From NCBI GenBank assembly GCA_010015805.1, contig ML978128.1, positions 744,001-808,000 of the forward strand: a DNA stretch of 64,000 bases. Direction: 5' to 3'. This stretch comes from Rhizodiscina lignyota. Taxonomy: Eukaryota. Numbering within the stretch: position 1 is the first letter of the stretch; every line of letters starts with the position of its first letter. A program made the position numbers and the translations under genes. Below the pieces are notes generated by a model that was given only the letters and a program-made list of their open reading frames with translations, ran no database searches and had not been told where the DNA came from. Shown here piece after piece: positions 59,895 through 64,000 of the stretch.

Positions 59895-60884
59895 AGAGTT
59901 TAAGCCTTGGCTGACTTTCAAGGCTTAGAGATGAAGCATACCGCAAGCTGTCGCCTGGAGAACAACTTGATAGAGCTGTTGACGAGCACCTGCTCCGCCG
60001 GCAACAAAGGCTCTTCCGGTATGACATAGACACAATCAATGCAGCTACACAGTTGAGGAAAGGCCCTAGCTGACCGTTGTAAAGCGAAGCAAGGGAGAAG
60101 TTTGACAGGGAGCAAGAGGCGATGGAGAGGGGTGATGCCGAGGATAGTTGCGCTACAAGATGCAGTGTGCCGAGAGAGGATGAGATTGAGGGCGAGAAAG
60201 AAGTTGCGCCACAGTTTTAGCTTGCCGGACTCCGGGCTGCACGTTCTCTTCTATCAAGATAACCCTTATTCATTAAACCTGTACTCCGTACAGCCTTAAG
60301 CAGAACTTGCTTAACAATATTAAACCCAACTTACATTAATGCTTGGGCTTTTGTGGGTGAGCAAACTTGTTACTGCTAAACCCTCTGGACTTTCATGAGG
60401 CCGACTCGTTCCATCTCTTCCATAGACATATATCAAGCCCATAGAAGCAGAGCAAGCTGGTTAAATTCCAGCCGGAGCATATTGTGTAGAGTTTTTAGGC
60501 TCTCGCTTGAATTGGAGAGCCGCACTCACTACTGCCTTGCCATTTCGACCCAGTCGGACAAACTCAGATACAGTTTTTCTTCATTAAGAACTCGTTAATT
60601 CTATTTCGTACGCTGGAGAACTTAACCTTCAATAATGCGCTAGCTCGTTATGGGCATTATTTTTCATTAGCGTCGTCAAGTGGTGTTCTCCAAGCATGAA
60701 TATTTCAATTTATGGCTTAGCTTGTGACCCCTCCACGCCATACGATACACCACTACCTCCCCACTTGTCAAATGCTAAGTCACCAACCGTCATCTACGTA
60801 CAACTAAGGAACCCCATACACTTCTTTCTACCTCCAACCCACCTTTAACACAGCCATAAGCCCTTAATCAAGCTCGTATACATC

Positions 60885-61599
60885 ATGTCTGGGCTTGAGA
60901 AGGCTCTCTTCAATCTAAAGGTTTGAAGTCTTCACCCACTGCAGCCTGAGCACCCCGCGCTTACAGATCCAGTTCACAGCGAAGCAGCTCAATCGCCAGG
61001 CGGCCAAGGCTGGGAAAGATGAGCAGACGGAGAAAGCGAAGCTGAAGAAGGTATGCAAATTCCAGTAGTTGCCGGACCGAAGCAGGCACCCGGAGATTAA
61101 CATACTACTACTCCAGGCAATCCAACAGAACCACTCCGACATCGCGAAAATCTACGCCCAGAACGCCATCCGCAAGCAAAACGAGAAGCTCAACCTCCTC
61201 CGCCTAGCATCGCGCATCGACGCCGTCTCCAGCCGCGTCCAGACGGCCGTCACGATGCGGCAGGTCTCACAGTCCATGGGCAACGTCGTGAAGGGCATGG
61301 ACAGTGCGATGAAGGCGATGGACCTGGAGAAAATATCCGCTATAATGGACAAGTTCGAGTCGCAGTTTGAGGATTTGGACGTCGCGACGGGGTATTACGA
61401 GAATGCCACGAGTAGCGCGACGGCGGTGGGCACGCCGCAGGAGGATGTAGATAGGTTGATGAACCAGGTCGCGGATGAGGCGGGCGTGGAGCTGCATCAA
61501 GATTTGGAGGCAGCGACGCCGGCGAAGGCAGTTAAGGTGGGGCCATCGGAGCAGGAGGAGGAGGGGCTGGGGGAGAGGTTGAGGGCTTTGAGGAGTTGA
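60885..61599 (+). CDS. DID2: ESCRT-III associated protein Did2/Vps46 (CHMP1)
   Basis: [62 protein letters not shown] and the MIM tail [10 protein letters not shown]; 2 introns. Confidence 0.96.
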
Positions 61600-61936
61600 G
61601 AGTGCATGAGCTACTGTAGGCATTTGCTTAGAACAAGCTGGGTGTAACAGAAGGCGTGGCGTTTACGGGCGTTTGGGTTGACGGGACTGGTACCAGGCTT
61701 TTTAGGAAGCAGCGTGACGATAGCGCTGCGGATGTCACATATATGCTCATAAGGACAGTCGAACGGTCAGGAGCCTTCATTATGCATTCTCGCTATCAGA
61801 TTTTGCCAGGCTTGAGCGCTGTTTCGCCTCAGCGCCGCATACTCCTACATCCCAAGGCGCTCCAATATACACATGCTTTATACAAGCCCCTAAATCGATG
61901 CCGAAGAAACTGTACGACGCTCGCTGCATTACTTCA

Positions 61937-64000
61937 TTACGACTTCGGTGCAGTTACTACCCCCTCGTACTCTCTCGACGAAATGTAGTCCAACGTTCTC
62001 TGGAAGTGCCGTTTAGGATTTTCCAATGCGGCCGTGTTCTCGTTTGTCTGTAGATTGGAGTGGATGAGCTCAATGAGGCCATTGAGATATTTCGTCGTGA
62101 CCTAAATAAGTATTGTTAGCCACAGTCATAACAGTCGAGACTTTAAGTCAACATACCGCTTCGTTCTCTTGGTCGAAGTAGTAGACATATCTGTTCAGTA
62201 TCTCCACAAAGAGCTCCACAGATACGGCGGTGTCCATGCACGCATCTGCTACGCGTAGCGCCCTCTGCAGACACTCAAGCACGCGCTTGCCGTCGCGGTA
62301 TAGCTCCTTCTTCTCTTCCGGCTTGCCATCTTCCTTTTGTTCGCCATTATCTGTAGCCCACCACAGATGGCTCGCCAGGTATACCGCGCGACACTGATCC
62401 GGCTTCTTGAGCAGCTTGCTTCCGTGCAGTGCAGCCTTGGTGATTAACGTATCAAAGTTTTCTCGTCCGAAGTTACGCGTCTGGTGCAAGGCGCCGGCAA
62501 TGACGCACACAGCTTGGAACTGTGCGCGGCTGTCGCTGATGCTCTCCTCGTAGACAGTGAATGCCTGAGCGAAGAATTCGTACGAGACTTCTTCATGTTG
62601 CGTTTGGTCTGCTATTTGTCCGGCAGATATGAACAATCGCAGCACAAGATCAGCCGTCGAAGGTGTGGAGATGCGGGTGTACAATGCAGAAAGAAGGGAG
62701 TGGACGAATTTGTAGTTGGCGGTGGACTGCGTTGACCAATTGTCGTCGAAATGTTCGCGCGTCTTGAAGCGTCGAGCGAGTTTGAGAGAAGAAGTGATGA
62801 GAGCTGGTGTGGTGTATTTGATTCGATCGTTGCCTTCGGCGAAGGATTGTCGGGCCTTTTGAAGAAGCTGGAGTTGGGTATCGTTTGAGGACGCTTGGAT
62901 CAAATGAACTATTCTCGCCAGCCAGCCCTGCTCCTCGACCGTCTCATCGGTTTCGACGCCTTTCCGTTGCAATGGGCCCCCGGGGTAGCCAGAGCTTTGC
63001 TGAGTCCCCTCTTTGATGAGAACTTTGAGGATCTCAAGGACGCCATCAAGTTGCTCAACGGTTTTTATCTTGATATCATTCTTGAGAAGACTCCTCGCTA
63101 CTTCTCCCGCTACGGCTCGTCGTGTCGGATACGGTTGGGCATGTAATAAAGGAATGAAGTTTGGAAGTGCCAAAGTTGTGAAAAGCGATAAGTAAGCCTT
63201 AACCGTAGCAAGCAGGAGAGCGTGGATATGTTGTTGCGAAACTTGAGAGTGAAGATCTGCGCTGTTGGCGTACTGCGCGACTTTCTCGTTCGCAAAAGCG
63301 AAGACTTGGTCAACGTAATCCAGGCGGTCGGGATAGACGTTTCTACAACTGGTCAGCAAATCTTACTTGATCATGGGATCGACTAGCTTACAGTGCAAGG
63401 TTCGTTAGAGAAACGAGAAGCGCCATGGTGTCCTGAATTGGTAATCTTTGGATCTTTACCAAGCTCGCTACTTGTTCATGGAAGATTTCGAAGAGCTTGA
63501 TGTGGTCCGGTATGCCGTGGGCCTTTGGCGAATCACCATTTGTAGCCTCCGGTTGTGCTGGCTCTGGCGCTGGTTCGGGCTCTACTGCCGTGCTCGCTTC
63601 TGATGGTGCTTCGCTTGGAGTTGGCTCACCAGCTTCTCCATTCTGTTGTGGAGGTTCCGGTTTCCTCTCCTTTGCTATCTTGAGCTGCTCCATCAGTTTT
63701 ACTGTGGCTTCTTCCTCTTGCTTCTCTCTTTCCTCTGGCGTCAGCGCCTCTGCCTCTCGGGCCGCATACGCAGACAAGCGATCCATCAAGCCGATCACTA
63801 TTGCCTTAACGTTGACGTGTGGGTTCAAGCGGGCAGTCGCAGAGAGAAATTGGTCGAGAGTGTGGAGGTGGAATTCGTCCGGAAAAACTTGGGTTATGAC
63901 TTCCAAAAGGTATTCCTGCGCCAGGACATCTCGGCATTGCACAACCTGCTCCAACAGCGGCTGAAGTATCTTCTTGTAGTTCTCCAAGTCCACGAGCTGG
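61937..64000 (-). CDS. VPS35: Retromer subunit Vps35 (5' part outside the window)
   Basis: LEQVVQCRDVLAQEYLLEVITQVFPDEFHL, SKLLKKPDQCRAVYLASHLWW and KRVLECLQRALRVADACMD; last exon VTTKYLNGLIELI ends at TAA 61937-61939. Confidence 0.97.

Noticed and set aside
1..64000. tRNA, rRNA and intact mobile elements
   Set aside because: No cloverleaf with box A/B, rRNA signature, LTR/TIR or transposase/RT ORF was recognised; a covariance-model scan would be needed to exclude small RNAs.

Overview
Gene-dense, intron-containing DNA from a filamentous ascomycete (short GT-AG introns with CTRAY branch sites; the Pezizomycotina assignment is inferred). About 33 protein-coding genes are supported. The housekeeping backbone comprises a TRF4-like poly(A) polymerase, an RNPS1-like SR protein, profilin, a CDK11-like kinase, NDUFAF7, PDB1, ERG6, a Zrg17-like CDF transporter, RIB5, a family III CoA-transferase, NOL8/NOP8-like, a DAO-family oxidoreductase, an SDR, NCB2, DID2 and VPS35. 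Two accessory-looking tracts interrupt it. The first (~5.8-10.3 kb) holds gene relics and a tandem pair of paralogous small cysteine-rich secreted proteins. The second (~18.2-36.4 kb, between PDB1 and ERG6) holds a HET-domain gene, two secreted proteins, an M20 amidohydrolase, and a compact four-gene module: a divergent amino-acid permease, a 93-aa four-exon micro-gene missed by the ORF track, a CorA-like GMN membrane protein, and an atypical multidomain Ser/Thr kinase. That module is my best candidate for an undescribed system. No tRNA, rRNA, CRISPR or intact transposon was recognised. Exon models and family calls were made by eye without database searches.
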